Sequence record: PZ583741.1 | Direction: 5' to 3' (one strand) | Origin: a phage | DNA: 64,000 bases | Shown here: one piece after another, positions 1 to 10,802 of the stretch | Layout: every line of letters starts with the position of its first letter | How positions within the stretch are numbered: position 1 is the first letter of the stretch | Made by a program: the position numbers and the translations under genes | Notes under the pieces: model-generated | Told to the model about the DNA's origin: nothing | What the model saw: the letters and a program-made list of their open reading frames with translations, nothing else | Databases searched by the model: none

Positions 1-1302
<1,302 letters not shown>

Positions 1303-1385
1303 GGGCTTGGTTTTATCTTATTAGCATGCACAGAACAAATATTATTATCGCATAGCACAATATCTCTACGATGCTGAATATTGTT

Positions 1386-1970
1386 TTAATCATCCAGTTT
1401 CACGCCGGGAATCTTGCCTGCTGCGATGGCTTCATAAATTAGCTTGGCCTCACCCTCGCGCTTGTAATCTTGAGCTACCATTTCTAATACCGCGCAGATA
1501 GATTCAAGTACAGCCTCATGCTTCCTTTCTGATTCTGTGCGGAGTGGGCGGAACTGCGGTTTGTCGATGATGATATCCTTTGCTATTTCCGTGCCCTGCT
1601 CTACGCCGAGTATTTTAGTTATTCCATAAATAACAACCAGTTGGTCTGACGCATATTTAATTGTTACCGGATACCACTCACCGTTGTTGTCGCGATACTC
1701 ACACTCACACCCCACTGGCGGTAGGCCCTCTCCGTTCCATGCGGGCTTTTGCGATGCTGCTAGTGCGGATTCGTATTGGTCCTTGCTAATTTCAATGTCA
1801 TTATCTTCCACTTCAGAATCCATCTCAATGCACCATTCTGACAGACAATCACCATTGGCATCAATGAAGTACAGCGTGGTGTTGCTGCATAAAAAACCAG
1901 CCTCCACCGCACCATCAGGCCGCCCACCACGCTTAGGCAATTCTTGAACTAACAGGTCGATAAGTTTCAT
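1386..1970 (-). CDS. hypothetical protein
   Basis: 194-aa ORF, ATG with GGAGAA RBS. Confidence 0.55.
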   Translation of the reverse strand: MKLIDLLVQELPKRGGRPDGAVEAGFLCSNTTLYFIDANGDCLSEWCIEMDSEVEDNDIEISKDQYESALAASQKPAWNGEGLPPVGCECEYRDNNGEWYPVTIKYASDQLVVIYGITKILGVEQGTEIAKDIIIDKPQFRPLRTESERKHEAVLESICAVLEMVAQDYKREGEAKLIYEAIAAGKIPGVKLDD

Positions 1971-2191
1971 TTTGTTTCTCCATCAAAAAGGATTTCTTTG
2001 TATTCATCACTAACTTCATATGCTTTATTTAGCTCAAATACCTCATAGTGGTTTTGACCACCTTCTCGCCATGAGTGTTTGTCATTTAGTTTTGCGGCAA
2101 CAGCGTCGGCTTCATGCTTGTGTGGATAAATAGCAACGACATTTGATGAGACGCCGCATTCGATACAACCAACATTAAACACAAGCCACAT
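1967..2191 (-). CDS. hypothetical protein
   Basis: 74-aa ORF, AGGAGAA RBS, overlaps downstream gene start by 4 nt. Confidence 0.5.
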   Translation of the reverse strand: MWLVFNVGCIECGVSSNVVAIYPHKHEADAVAAKLNDKHSWREGGQNHYEVFELNKAYEVSDEYKEILFDGETK

Positions 2192-2201
2192 AATTATTCT
2201 C

Positions 2202-2459
2202 CTAACGCCTTATTAACCGCCGCATGCGCATTATCAAGAGCGCGGCGCTTGCTTGATGTTGTCCAGCCTTGCCGGATTGGTCGTCGTAGATTTCAAGTAG
2301 TTGCTGGAGTGCTGATAGTAGCTCTGGCGATTCTGCGATTAATTTTGCGTTATGCCATTGTTCGGTTTTATCACCGTTATATGTTGGAGTGAACGCAATC
2401 TCAACGCCAATATCCGAGACAACATCTGGCGCGTTATCGTCACCATTAACAACCTCCAC
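2202..2459 (-). CDS. hypothetical protein (GTG start)
   Basis: 85-aa ORF, no ATG near 5' end. Confidence 0.35.
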   Translation of the reverse strand: MEVVNGDDNAPDVVSDIGVEIAFTPTYNGDKTEQWHNAKLIAESPELLSALQQLLEIYDDQSGKAGQHQASAALLIMRMRRLIRR

Positions 2460-2496
2460 ACACCCGGCGTACCTTTAAATTTTCTCATCACCAATC

Positions 2497-2640
2497 TCAC
2501 TTAATATATTCAATGATTTCGCATTCACGTATCTGCACCAGACCAAATGGCGCAACCACTTTACCGCACGGACGGATTTTGATTTGCTCAAGGCAGAACA
2601 CTCCGCAGCGTCCGTTTTCTTTGAATTTGACCATTACCAT
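2497..2640 (-). CDS. small hypothetical protein (47 aa, Cys-rich)
   Basis: ORF below track cutoff found by manual translation. Confidence 0.25.
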   Translation of the reverse strand: MVMVKFKENGRCGVFCLEQIKIRPCGKVVAPFGLVQIRECEIIEYIK

Positions 2641-2649
2641 GATTTAACC

Positions 2650-3033
2650 TTAAAAAATAATTAATGTAGGCTGCAATTCTTCTTCATACCAAGTCCAGCC
2701 AATACACCGCCCTTCCATGGCGTCAATGTAAGGCTTTACCCAATCCAAAAATGCCTGAATCTCACCGCTATAGTTTTTGATATCGCTGCGACTGAAGATG
2801 TATTGCTCGTCGCTGTAGTCAAATTTTGGGCAACTATTAACTACGGATGGGTGATGGTAAAAGCTACAGTAGTTACCAATAGAATCCCAGCGCGGTAGTG
2901 TGAAAAATTCATGCTCAGGAAGCTTTACTGGCCTGTCGGCACCAGCAAACATATACTGGATTACATCCATCACCTCTTTCGGTACACCCCCCTTAATCTG
3001 ACACTTAAGAACCAACTCTGTGTACATTCCCAT
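2650..3033 (-). CDS. hypothetical protein
   Basis: 127-aa ORF, GGTGAGGAA RBS. Confidence 0.5.
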   Translation of the reverse strand: MGMYTELVLKCQIKGGVPKEVMDVIQYMFAGADRPVKLPEHEFFTLPRWDSIGNYCSFYHHPSVVNSCPKFDYSDEQYIFSRSDIKNYSGEIQAFLDWVKPYIDAMEGRCIGWTWYEEELQPTLIIF

Positions 3034-3055
3034 CCTTTATTCCTCACCGTTTGAT

Positions 3056-3112
3056 TGATGTAGATACTATGCACCACCACTCAATCTACGTCAATAGCCA
3101 TTGTGATAGAAT
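3056..3112 (+). promoter_or_regulatory. divergent promoter region: inverted motif pair TGATGTAGAT / ATCTACGTCA plus extended -10 TGaTAGAAT
   Basis: motif copies at 3056..3065 and 3084..3093; TAGAAT at 3107..3112 upstream of lysozyme gene. Confidence 0.4.
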
Positions 3113-3137
3113 TAATCATTATTGAACAGGAGGCAGA

Positions 3138-3578
3138 ATGAAACTATCGCAACGCGGCAAAGAACTCATTAAGTCGTTCGAAGGGCTTGAGCTACGCGCT
3201 TATCCAGACCCAGCCACGGGAGGAGCGCCGTGGACCGCTGGATATGGCCACACTGGCGCAGATGTGAAGCCTGGAATGACAGTGACACAGGAAATAGCTA
3301 ACGCATGGCTGGATAGTGACGTGAAGAAGTTTGAGGATGGCGTGTCAGCACTGTTAACTGCACCAACCACTCAGTCTCAATTCGATGCAATGGTGTCTCT
3401 GGCATACAACATTGGACTTGGCAACTTCCGCAAATCAACCCTACTACGCAAGCATAACGAGAAGTGCTACACCTGCGCCGCGAGTCAGTTCCTTGTGTGG
3501 AATCGCGCTGCTGGTAAGGTTATGAATGGCCTGACGCGGAGGCGTAACGCAGAACGCGCTATGTATATGGGGCAATGA
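3138..3578 (+). CDS. endolysin, GH24 (T4-type) lysozyme
   Basis: ELIKSFEGLELRAYPD...GYGHT motif pattern typical of phage lysozymes. Confidence 0.85.
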   Translation: MKLSQRGKELIKSFEGLELRAYPDPATGGAPWTAGYGHTGADVKPGMTVTQEIANAWLDSDVKKFEDGVSALLTAPTTQSQFDAMVSLAYNIGLGNFRKSTLLRKHNEKCYTCAASQFLVWNRAAGKVMNGLTRRRNAERAMYMGQ

Positions 3579-3814
3579 AAAAGCTAAGTAACTGGCTACT
3601 CGGCGCGTGGATTTCATTCTGTTCGCTGTTGCAGTTATGGCCCGATGCAATGATGCATGTATGGGTAATGATGCCGGATGACCTGAAAGCGGCTCTACCG
3701 CCAATCGTGGTGAAAGGGGTGAGTTATTCAATCATGCTGGTTGGCATACTCGGAAAGATGCACGGCATGAGGAAGGAAAACCGGAGGCTGCGCGATGATG
3801 TCGATTCTCGCTAA
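3575..3814 (+). CDS. putative holin / small membrane protein
   Basis: 79 aa, hydrophobic segments, between endolysin and spanin genes, ATGA overlap. Confidence 0.4.
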   Translation: MKKLSNWLLGAWISFCSLLQLWPDAMMHVWVMMPDDLKAALPPIVVKGVSYSIMLVGILGKMHGMRKENRRLRDDVDSR

Positions 3815-4274
3815 ATACTGGCGACCACTGGCAATTATTATAATTGTTGCTGCTGGCGCGTTGTGGGTTCGTAGTGAAGTCATCAACTACGGCGACCAGC
3901 GATACGCAGAAGGCAAAGCTCAGGCAATCGCAGAACAGAAGGCCGCAGACGAACAAGAGGAGCAACGACGCAATGCAGAACTGCAAAAGATTCAGGCCGA
4001 CGCACAGCAAAGGATTGATGCTGCGCGTAATGATTCTGTCAATGCTGCTGCTAAGTCTGGCAGGTTGCGCGCAGAAACAGAGCGCATCCGTAAGCTCGCA
4101 GAGCGTTATACCGGGACTCAGCCAGCAAGCGTACCAACCAGAAAGGTCATCGTTATGCTCACCCAATTGCTTGACGAGAGCAATGATGCTTATAGACGAA
4201 CAGCGGAGGAAGCTGACAGATATTACAACGCTGGACTGACTTGTCAAAAACAGTACGAATCACTAATTAAATGA
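3795..4274 (+). CDS. i-spanin (Rz-like)
   Basis: N-terminal TM helix then charged coiled-coil region; position after endolysin. Confidence 0.65.
   Translation: MMSILAKYWRPLAIIIIVAAGALWVRSEVINYGDQRYAEGKAQAIAEQKAADEQEEQRRNAELQKIQADAQQRIDAARNDSVNAAAKSGRLRAETERIRKLAERYTGTQPASVPTRKVIVMLTQLLDESNDAYRRTAEEADRYYNAGLTCQKQYESLIK
4018..4239 (+). CDS. o-spanin (Rz1-like lipoprotein) embedded in +1 frame of i-spanin
   Basis: signal peptide ending in lipobox LSLAGC; wholly inside 3795..4274. Confidence 0.6.
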   Translation: MLRVMILSMLLLSLAGCAQKQSASVSSQSVIPGLSQQAYQPERSSLCSPNCLTRAMMLIDEQRRKLTDITTLD

Positions 4275-4279
4275 TATAA

Positions 4280-4370
4280 TCACAAGTGCAGCTAGTCCGG
4301 CCAGACGAAAAGCAACTCATCACTGCCTGCTGCATCCCGCCAAAAGATGACCCTGATGAGGAATCCAATA
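4280..4370 (+). promoter_or_regulatory. conserved 5' leader element, copy 1 (hairpin CUCAUCA / UGAUGAG overlapping the SD GAGGAA)
   Basis: ~85 bp with high identity to 42207..42290. Confidence 0.5.
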
Positions 4371-4871
4371 ATGACTCAAGAAGAATTAAAAAGCATCCTT
4401 AATTACAACAGTGAAACGGGAAAATTCCAATGGGTATCAATGAAGTGGAAAAAGTCAAACCGTGTTGGCAGCAAAAAGTCTAACGGCTATATGCAGGTGG
4501 CTATAGGTGGCAAGGTTTATTATCAGCACAGACTGGCTTGGCTTTATATGACTGGTGAGATGCCTGACTCAGAGATTGATCATATAAATGGAATTAGGGA
4601 TGACAACAGGTGGTGTAACTTGAGGTTAGCAACAAGATCACAAAATGAGATGAATACAGTACTCTCATCAGCAAACACCTCTGGTGTAAAAGGGGTTAGT
4701 TGGGATAAGAGGAATAAGAAATGGTGCGCAACAATAGTGATAAATAGAAAAACAGTATGGCTAGGAAGACATTCATCCATCGAGTCAGCAAAAGCGGTGA
4801 TAGAAAGAGCAAGAGCACATATACATGGTGATTTTGCTTGCGATGGAATAAGGCAAGAGAAGCGGGATTGA
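4371..4871 (+). CDS. HNH homing endonuclease with AP2 DNA-binding domain
   Basis: HRLAWLYMTGE...IDHINGIRDDNRWCNLR HNH motif; C-terminal AP2-like region. Confidence 0.85.
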   Translation: MTQEELKSILNYNSETGKFQWVSMKWKKSNRVGSKKSNGYMQVAIGGKVYYQHRLAWLYMTGEMPDSEIDHINGIRDDNRWCNLRLATRSQNEMNTVLSSANTSGVKGVSWDKRNKKWCATIVINRKTVWLGRHSSIESAKAVIERARAHIHGDFACDGIRQEKRD

Positions 4872-4902
4872 TGTGTGAGGCGCAGTATAATTCGCTGCGC
4901 AA

Positions 4903-4933
4903 TAAAAAAGCCCCGTAATGGGGCTTGTGTTTA
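4903..4933. terminator. bidirectional rho-independent terminator
   Basis: hairpin aagccccgtaatggggctt flanked by A-run and T-rich tract. Confidence 0.55.
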
Positions 4934-5149
4934 ATTGGCTTGCTCGGTGTTTTCTCTCTTCTTCCACATCTGTTTTAGCTGGAAATAAGCATAAGCCTCA
5001 TCACCATCTTTCGCATTGCGCTCCATTTGCTCACACCATGCTGATGGTTTTGGTGGCTCACTCTGCTGGCAATGTTGTTGGTTCATCAACAGATTCCTCA
5101 ACCGCAGTTTCGACGATGCGCACCAACGAACACTCAAGGTCCGGTGCAT
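4931..5149 (-). CDS. hypothetical protein (uncertain)
   Basis: 72-aa ORF; overlaps 5058..5366 in another frame. Confidence 0.25.
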   Translation of the reverse strand: MHRTLSVRWCASSKLRLRNLLMNQQHCQQSEPPKPSAWCEQMERNAKDGDEAYAYFQLKQMWKKRENTEQAN

Positions 5150-5366
5150 TGTAATTACCCGCCAGAAACAGAACGCTACCCGTGCTAATCAGCACCTGTT
5201 TTGCGTTTGCCTGCGACAGATTCTGCACGATGAATTGCGCCGTTTCTGTGCCGATTTTCAGCACTGCGCTGCCGTCGCTGTTCAGTGATACCAGTTGCGC
5301 GGAAGTGTCAGCAATATTGGTGAAGTTCGCGTTTCGTTGCGCGATTGTGATGTCGCAGAATGACAT
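5058..5366 (-). CDS. hypothetical protein (uncertain)
   Basis: 102-aa ORF abutting upstream gene. Confidence 0.3.
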   Translation of the reverse strand: MSFCDITIAQRNANFTNIADTSAQLVSLNSDGSAVLKIGTETAQFIVQNLSQANAKQVLISTGSVLFLAGNYNAPDLECSLVRIVETAVEESVDEPTTLPAE

Positions 5367-5635
5367 TATTTAATCTCTCCATTCAGTTCATTAACAATTA
5401 ACGTTGCATAGCCAGCAATATCTTTCCAGCTATCATCATAGGTCGGATCGCCATTCAGAATGCGCCCAATTTTGTGCTGAATCATGTCGAGTGCCTCGCG
5501 CTGGCTTGGCGTCAGGTTATGCCAACCATCCACTTCACGCATCACATCTTTCAGTTCCTGCATGATTTCAGCACCGTCTTTGAATTTGCCATATCTACTG
5601 CCGCGTTCGGTGATGAGTTGCTCTGTATCTTTCAT
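5366..5635 (-). CDS. hypothetical protein
   Basis: 89-aa ORF tightly packed with HNH gene. Confidence 0.5.
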   Translation of the reverse strand: MKDTEQLITERGSRYGKFKDGAEIMQELKDVMREVDGWHNLTPSQREALDMIQHKIGRILNGDPTYDDSWKDIAGYATLIVNELNGEIK

Positions 5636-6121
5636 TTACTTTAATGCTCCGTGATTTTTATGGAAACAATATTTTCCCTCAGCTGCCTTTCTGCATTCCG
5701 CAGCCATTGACAAGTTTGAGAATCTGCCAAGCGCAATCTGCTTTCCGTTCACGGCAATCTTTGCATACCATTTCTTACTCTTGTTATCCCAACTAACTCC
5801 GACAACATTACTCGTGTTATCAGATCGCATAGAAAGATTCTTAGCGTTCTGCTTTCTGCTTACCAATCTGAGATTCTCAATCCTATTATCATCACGAATG
5901 TGGTTTATATGATCGATCTCCATCCCCTCTGGTATCTCACCATTGTGCATTTCCCAAATTATTCTATGCATCAGTCGCACTTTTCCAAAGCAATGAACCT
6001 GCATGTACCCATTACCTGCCATGCTTCCTGCCAGCCTCCCTATTTTCATGTTTCTGTTTGTTTTTATCTTCCAATATAGCAACCCATCACGGTATTCGAA
6101 CACATCATTCCAATCCATCAT
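5636..6121 (-). CDS. HNH homing endonuclease with AP2 domain
   Basis: HRIIWEMHNGEIPEGMEIDHINH...DNRIENLRLV and C-terminal GxHKNHG; paralog of 45718 and 51801 genes. Confidence 0.85.
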   Translation of the reverse strand: MMDWNDVFEYRDGLLYWKIKTNRNMKIGRLAGSMAGNGYMQVHCFGKVRLMHRIIWEMHNGEIPEGMEIDHINHIRDDNRIENLRLVSRKQNAKNLSMRSDNTSNVVGVSWDNKSKKWYAKIAVNGKQIALGRFSNLSMAAECRKAAEGKYCFHKNHGALK

Positions 6122-6320
6122 CACTCTCCTTTATTGTGACTTTGTTATTCTCGTCAACACTGAAGTTGGCGCGAATTAAATCATACATGTCATTTTTAGA
6201 CATATCAGCCAGCGCCACATAGCAACGGGCAAAGTAGCGAACATCACGGAGAGTCAGCGGCTGCCGCTTCTCCACAATGCTGGTGATAATGTCCATCGGC
6301 TCGCGTCGTGGTCTTGGCAT
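6105..6320 (-). CDS. hypothetical protein
   Basis: 71-aa ORF with AAGGAG RBS. Confidence 0.5.
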   Translation of the reverse strand: MPRPRREPMDIITSIVEKRQPLTLRDVRYFARCYVALADMSKNDMYDLIRANFSVDENNKVTIKESDDGLE

Positions 6321-6347
6321 ATTTGCTACTCCTTCTCGAAAAACATC

Positions 6348-6392
6348 TTGACGTTTCTACATCACCTAGTCAATACTTATTGACGTAGATTG
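6348..6392. promoter_or_regulatory. divergent promoter/operator region with motif pair TCTACATCA (6356..6364) and TGACGTAGATTG (6381..6392)
   Basis: strand-switch intergenic region; motif in both orientations. Confidence 0.4.
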
Positions 6393-6419
6393 TACCACAA
6401 CGGAAAAGGTGATGTGGAA

Positions 6420-6617
6420 ATGCAATACAAAGAAATAGCAGCGAGATACCAGAAAGAGGTGCGCGAGGTTATGGAAATCCTTAACGTTCGCGAAGATACC
6501 ATTAAGTATGTGGAAACTGCCATGTGTTCACTGGCGCTTGAGGCGGAGGTTGCTGGTCGTGAAAAGGCTGACGAACTTATATCTGCGGTGGTTTATAGTT
6601 CAGCCAGTAACGGTTGA
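6420..6617 (+). CDS. hypothetical protein
   Basis: ATG at 6420 in ORF 6390..6617. Confidence 0.45.
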   Translation: MQYKEIAARYQKEVREVMEILNVREDTIKYVETAMCSLALEAEVAGREKADELISAVVYSSASNG

Positions 6618-6677
6618 GGATGAAGGTTATCTGTGCGTTGAGCACGTTGTTATCAAATTCTATGGGAGAAATTACAA

Positions 6678-6872
6678 ATGGCGCATGACGAACTGTACGA
6701 AGAATCGTTAATCCAGCGACTGAATGAAGTTGAGCGCACACGCGAATGGCTGGAATGCGAACTGCGAGAAGTGCGCAATCGCCTGCAACGCAAACGCAGT
6801 CAGCAGAAGGACGTTATCGACTGGTCTGGTGATACGCCTAAATTTAATAACCTTGGAGAATGGGTAAAATGA
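6678..6872 (+). CDS. hypothetical protein
   Basis: 64-aa ORF, GGAGAA RBS. Confidence 0.5.
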   Translation: MAHDELYEESLIQRLNEVERTREWLECELREVRNRLQRKRSQQKDVIDWSGDTPKFNNLGEWVK

Positions 6873-7117
6873 GCGCACCACATATGCCGATGATGAACGA
6901 TGAAATGCTATTACAATGCCCGTTTTGTGGTTGTGATGACGTAAGGGTTATTGATGACGGAGAAGGTTTGCACGTTGAGTGTGGAGATTGTTTTTGCCGC
7001 ACTGACTCGTATTGCTGTGCATCCACGGCAATGAAGAAATGGAACACCAGCAACGGACACCAATACACCGCTGACGACTTCAATCAGGCAGCAGCGGAGC
7101 GTGAGCATGGACTATAA
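6869..7117 (+). CDS. zinc-ribbon protein, Lar-like (restriction-alleviation family candidate)
   Basis: CPFCG...C..C zinc ribbon; ATGA overlap with upstream gene. Confidence 0.45.
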   Translation: MSAPHMPMMNDEMLLQCPFCGCDDVRVIDDGEGLHVECGDCFCRTDSYCCASTAMKKWNTSNGHQYTADDFNQAAAEREHGL

Positions 7118-7595
7118 ATCACAAATCATGCGCGTGATTGTCAATCATCCGGGAGCAACGCGTGCATATATTGAAAAGCATTGCGGAGGAAAACATTCAA
7201 GCACCACAACACATCGCCTGCATGAGATGCTTGCGCTTGGATTCATTCGTCGAGAGAAGTCCGTGATTCGTGGTGGTAAGTGGCAGTATAAGTATTTCAT
7301 CTCTGATGATGCAGCAGGAATTGATGATGCGATTAAGTGCCATTTGCTTGATAACGCTGGCGCAGAGGTTAAAGAAATCAGCGCCACAACCGGCATTGAT
7401 TATCGCATCGTAAAAAGCCGCATTCGCATCATGTTTCATAATGGCGATGTGACGCGAAGCTATGACCACCACAAGAAGCTATGGCGTTATTCTTGGCATG
7501 AGCAGGAAGTTAACGTCAGCAACCTGTTCAATTCACTTCTTCGCAACGTAAGAGGTCAGCGTGGGGAAAGCAAAACGCAAGAAGCAAGAGTATGA
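7107..7595 (+). CDS. hypothetical protein (possible winged-helix DNA-binding)
   Basis: ORF 7101..7595, ATG at 7107 with GGAG RBS. Confidence 0.45.
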   Translation: MDYKSQIMRVIVNHPGATRAYIEKHCGGKHSSTTTHRLHEMLALGFIRREKSVIRGGKWQYKYFISDDAAGIDDAIKCHLLDNAGAEVKEISATTGIDYRIVKSRIRIMFHNGDVTRSYDHHKKLWRYSWHEQEVNVSNLFNSLLRNVRGQRGESKTQEARV

Positions 7596-7720
7596 GCCGC
7601 TGCCGCCATGCGAAATGTCAGGAATGCCACAACAGGAGGATGTGATTCTCACCGAAGCTGAGTGGCGCAAGGTGGCAAGAGTGCAAATCATGTTCCGCAA
7701 ACTTGCTGAGGATGTACTAA

Positions 7721-8074
7721 ATGAGATGGGCTATTAAGCATAAATCAGGCATGACTCTGTTTGTTACATCGGATGAGTTTATTGCCAATAACCGTAGAAA
7801 GATGGGATGGATAGTGGAGGAAGTGAAGATGACTAGTAGAGAGCAGTTTGAGCTCCAATGCAGAAATGGGTTGATCAATGGCGGATTAGCAGTGTTTGAA
7901 AATGGTGTTTACGCTTCCGAATTAACAAGAGCTGTCTGGGCTGGATGGAAAGCATCGCGCGCAGCAATTGAAATTGAATTGCCAGAGGAAGAAAGTTTGG
8001 GATGCTACGCTATTTACTATGCAGAAGATGTTATTGAGGCAATTGAACAATCAGGCTTAAAGGTGAAAAAATGA
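7721..8074 (+). CDS. hypothetical protein
   Basis: 117-aa ORF. Confidence 0.5.
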   Translation: MRWAIKHKSGMTLFVTSDEFIANNRRKMGWIVEEVKMTSREQFELQCRNGLINGGLAVFENGVYASELTRAVWAGWKASRAAIEIELPEEESLGCYAIYYAEDVIEAIEQSGLKVKK

Positions 8075-8397
8075 TTATCCAACTAAACGACATTATGAAA
8101 GCAGACATCATTAAGCTTGAAGATTATGACATGCAACTAGCATTTGAAATCGAAACTGTTGAACGCCAACTGCAATATGCGGATAAGAAGAATGATCGCA
8201 TCTGGCATGAGAAAGCACTTAAGGCACGCGATCACATGAAGCGCACGCGAGCACTCATTAAAACGCGACTGGATAAGCTGTATTACGGCGAGGAGCGCAT
8301 GCTGCATGGAGCGATTCTGGCGCAAATCCGCAAGGAAATGCCGATTGGAAAATTCATGTCATACGTTCACCGGGCAAAGCAGGAGGCTGGGTTATGA
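8071..8397 (+). CDS. hypothetical protein
   Basis: 108-aa ORF, AAGGTGA RBS. Confidence 0.5.
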   Translation: MIIQLNDIMKADIIKLEDYDMQLAFEIETVERQLQYADKKNDRIWHEKALKARDHMKRTRALIKTRLDKLYYGEERMLHGAILAQIRKEMPIGKFMSYVHRAKQEAGL

Positions 8398-8582
8398 GCG
8401 AGCCAAAATTTCCAGAACTGCCTGTTGAGGTTCAGGTTGCATTGATTAATGCAGCAAGCGCAATGGCGACAAAGAAGATTGAGGCAATAGGCAGTGATTA
8501 CAACAGGAACATAGACTGGTTTCAGAGGGAGTATCAAAAAATCTGCGACGCACTCTACAAAGAAAACAGGGGTAGACCATGA
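8394..8582 (+). CDS. hypothetical protein
   Basis: 62-aa ORF, AGGAGG RBS. Confidence 0.45.
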   Translation: MSEPKFPELPVEVQVALINAASAMATKKIEAIGSDYNRNIDWFQREYQKICDALYKENRGRP

Positions 8583-8725
8583 TTCCATTGCTGTGGATAT
8601 TATCAGCCTACGCATTCGCGAGGGTATTTGAGGCTGACACTCTGTACCAGATGATTTGCTATGGCGCTCTGTTTTGTCTTTCAGGTGCTGCGCTTGCATT
8701 TATGGATGATGTGATCTCAGACTAA
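8579..8725 (+). CDS. small membrane protein (48 aa)
   Basis: ATGA overlap with upstream gene; hydrophobic. Confidence 0.3.
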   Translation: MIPLLWILSAYAFARVFEADTLYQMICYGALFCLSGAALAFMDDVISD

Positions 8726-8919
8726 CACCGTATATCTTTTGTTCATCATGGGCTGCTATCATTTAATCAGGAGGTAGCCCATGAACATAATCCCTATCAC
8801 TTACTTTCTCACGCTCTACGCACTCACTGATTCGCCATTGTTTGCACTGGCTACCGCCTCATGGTGCTATATCTCCCTGTGTTATAATTCGACCACAAAC
8901 TAACCGTGGAGAGTTAACC

Positions 8920-10332
8920 ATGATTGTCAAGATTGGCGATAAGTGGGTGGTCAAGTCGAAAGACGGCTCACAGCAATTTGGCGAATACGACACAGAAGAA
9001 GCCGCCAAAAAACGCCTCGCAGAAGTGGAGGCATTCAAGCATATGAATAATAAATTGCAGGTTAACGTCCTGACGACCATCAACTCCGCAAGCAATATCA
9101 GTGAGCAAATCATTGATGGCGACCCGCACTACGTGATTAAAAACGTCGTGCCAGTAGTTGATGATGTCGTGATGAACAACGGCCTGTATCCGGGCGAGGA
9201 AATCCGCAAGAGCTATCACGGCCTTGATGGTAAGCCTGCACCATACAATCACCCGATGATTGATGGCAAATACGTTTCCGCAAGCATGACCCGCGCCGCT
9301 AACCAGTTCAGCGTTGGCGCATGGATTGAAAACTCATCCCATGACGGCAGCAAGGTGCTTGTTGACCTGAAGGTAAACAAAGTCATCGCCGAACGCGCAG
9401 AGAAAGGTCAGGAGTTGCTTGGTCGCATTGAGGCGCTGATGAACTCCGCAGACGGCGCTGAGCCAATCCACGTATCCACTGGCTTGTTGCTCAACCGCGA
9501 AGCTGCGGAAGGCACAAGCAAAGGCAAAAAATACTCATGGATTGCACGCAATATGGAATGGGACCACCTCGCCATCCTGCCGCTGGGAGTGCCGGGAGCC
9601 GGAACGCCAGAAGATGGTGTTGGCATCTTTGCCACCAATGGCGAGCAAATCGAACGCATCACCGTAAACCTTGAGGATTCAACCGTGCCGGACGAAAGCG
9701 CTAACAAGATTAATTATAAATCGTGGCTGCATAAAGCCATCAACTACATCACCAATAAATCAGATCTGTCTTTTGAGAATATCAGTGAGCAGATTCGCCA
9801 GATTCTTAAGGCTGAAGTCGGTGAAGATGTCTGGCCTTATATCGTGGCCGTGTACGACGACCGCGTCGGATTTGAAATCAAAGGCCAGATTTTCCAGCAG
9901 TTCTACATCGTTGAAGATGATGTGGTAAAATTGGTCGGTGAGCGGGTCAAGGCTGTTTATAAGACTGAACTTGAGCCGGTAAAATCAACTGAAGGGGAAA
10001 TCTCAATGACTAACGAGGAATTACAGGCGGCATTCGCTGAAGCCCTCAAGCCGGTTCAGGAATCGTTGACAGCTGTCAACCAGAAGCTGACCGACATCGA
10101 AGCTGAAAACGTTAAGCTGAAAGAGCAATTGCAGGCGAATACCGAGCAGGAAGAAACCGCGATGCGTGCTGCTATCATCGCTGAACTGAAACTGCCAGAA
10201 TCAGCTGTGAATGCGCTGAAAGGCGAAGCACTGCGTGAAACCTATGCGCTGACCAGCAAGCCTGCCGCGCTGAAGGGTGGCTTCCAGCCGAACCACGCCG
10301 ATGACGATTTTGATATGGAGGCACCTGAATAA
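8920..10332 (+). CDS. putative scaffolding protein / prohead protease
   Basis: GGAGAG RBS; coiled-coil E/K/L-rich C-terminus; directly upstream of decoration-like and major capsid genes. Confidence 0.6.
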   Translation: MIVKIGDKWVVKSKDGSQQFGEYDTEEAAKKRLAEVEAFKHMNNKLQVNVLTTINSASNISEQIIDGDPHYVIKNVVPVVDDVVMNNGLYPGEEIRKSYHGLDGKPAPYNHPMIDGKYVSASMTRAANQFSVGAWIENSSHDGSKVLVDLKVNKVIAERAEKGQELLGRIEALMNSADGAEPIHVSTGLLLNREAAEGTSKGKKYSWIARNMEWDHLAILPLGVPGAGTPEDGVGIFATNGEQIERITVNLEDSTVPDESANKINYKSWLHKAINYITNKSDLSFENISEQIRQILKAEVGEDVWPYIVAVYDDRVGFEIKGQIFQQFYIVEDDVVKLVGERVKAVYKTELEPVKSTEGEISMTNEELQAAFAEALKPVQESLTAVNQKLTDIEAENVKLKEQLQANTEQEETAMRAAIIAELKLPESAVNALKGEALRETYALTSKPAALKGGFQPNHADDDFDMEAPE

Positions 10333-10802
10333 TGGCTACTATCCGTTATGGCACCATCATCGGCGGCCCGGCCCGCAAAAATGACCCGCAGATTCGTGAA
10401 GGCATCATGAAGGCAGCGTTGAAGCCGGGTGCACTGGTTGATTTCAATAATAATGACGAAATCATCGGACATGCTACCACTGACGGTCAGGGTTTCCCTT
10501 ACGTGCTTCAGCACAACTACATCGGCGGCGGTGATGTCTCTGAAGCAGTTCCGGCTAATGCCACTGGTATGGCTGTGCAGTGCGAATTTGGCGTAACTTA
10601 TCATGCGCTGGTTGCTGCATCTTCCCAGCTGAAGAAAGGTACTCCGCTGGCAAGTGATGGCACTGGTGCGCTGAAAGTTGCCGCTAATCAGGAAAATATC
10701 CTGTTCTATTCCGATGAAACTTATACCGTTGCCTCTGATGGCGCTGAGCTGGTTGCAGTTCGTCTCGCTGGCAATGCTTCCATTCCTGCTGGAGAAATGT
10801 AA
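10332..10802 (+). CDS. putative head decoration / structural protein
   Basis: 156-aa ORF between scaffold and major capsid genes. Confidence 0.45.
   Translation: MATIRYGTIIGGPARKNDPQIREGIMKAALKPGALVDFNNNDEIIGHATTDGQGFPYVLQHNYIGGGDVSEAVPANATGMAVQCEFGVTYHALVAASSQLKKGTPLASDGTGALKVAANQENILFYSDETYTVASDGAELVAVRLAGNASIPAGEM

Noticed and set aside
3732-4247. 171-aa minus-strand ORF
   Set aside because: Antisense to the spanin genes, which have strong signal/lipobox support; shadow ORF.
4300-4365. Possible hammerhead ribozyme (CUGAUGA plus GAAA in the conserved leader)
   Set aside because: GAAA lies upstream of CUGAUGA with no stem II/III arrangement; CUGAUGAG is simply the complement of the upstream CUCAUCA, so it is a plain hairpin.
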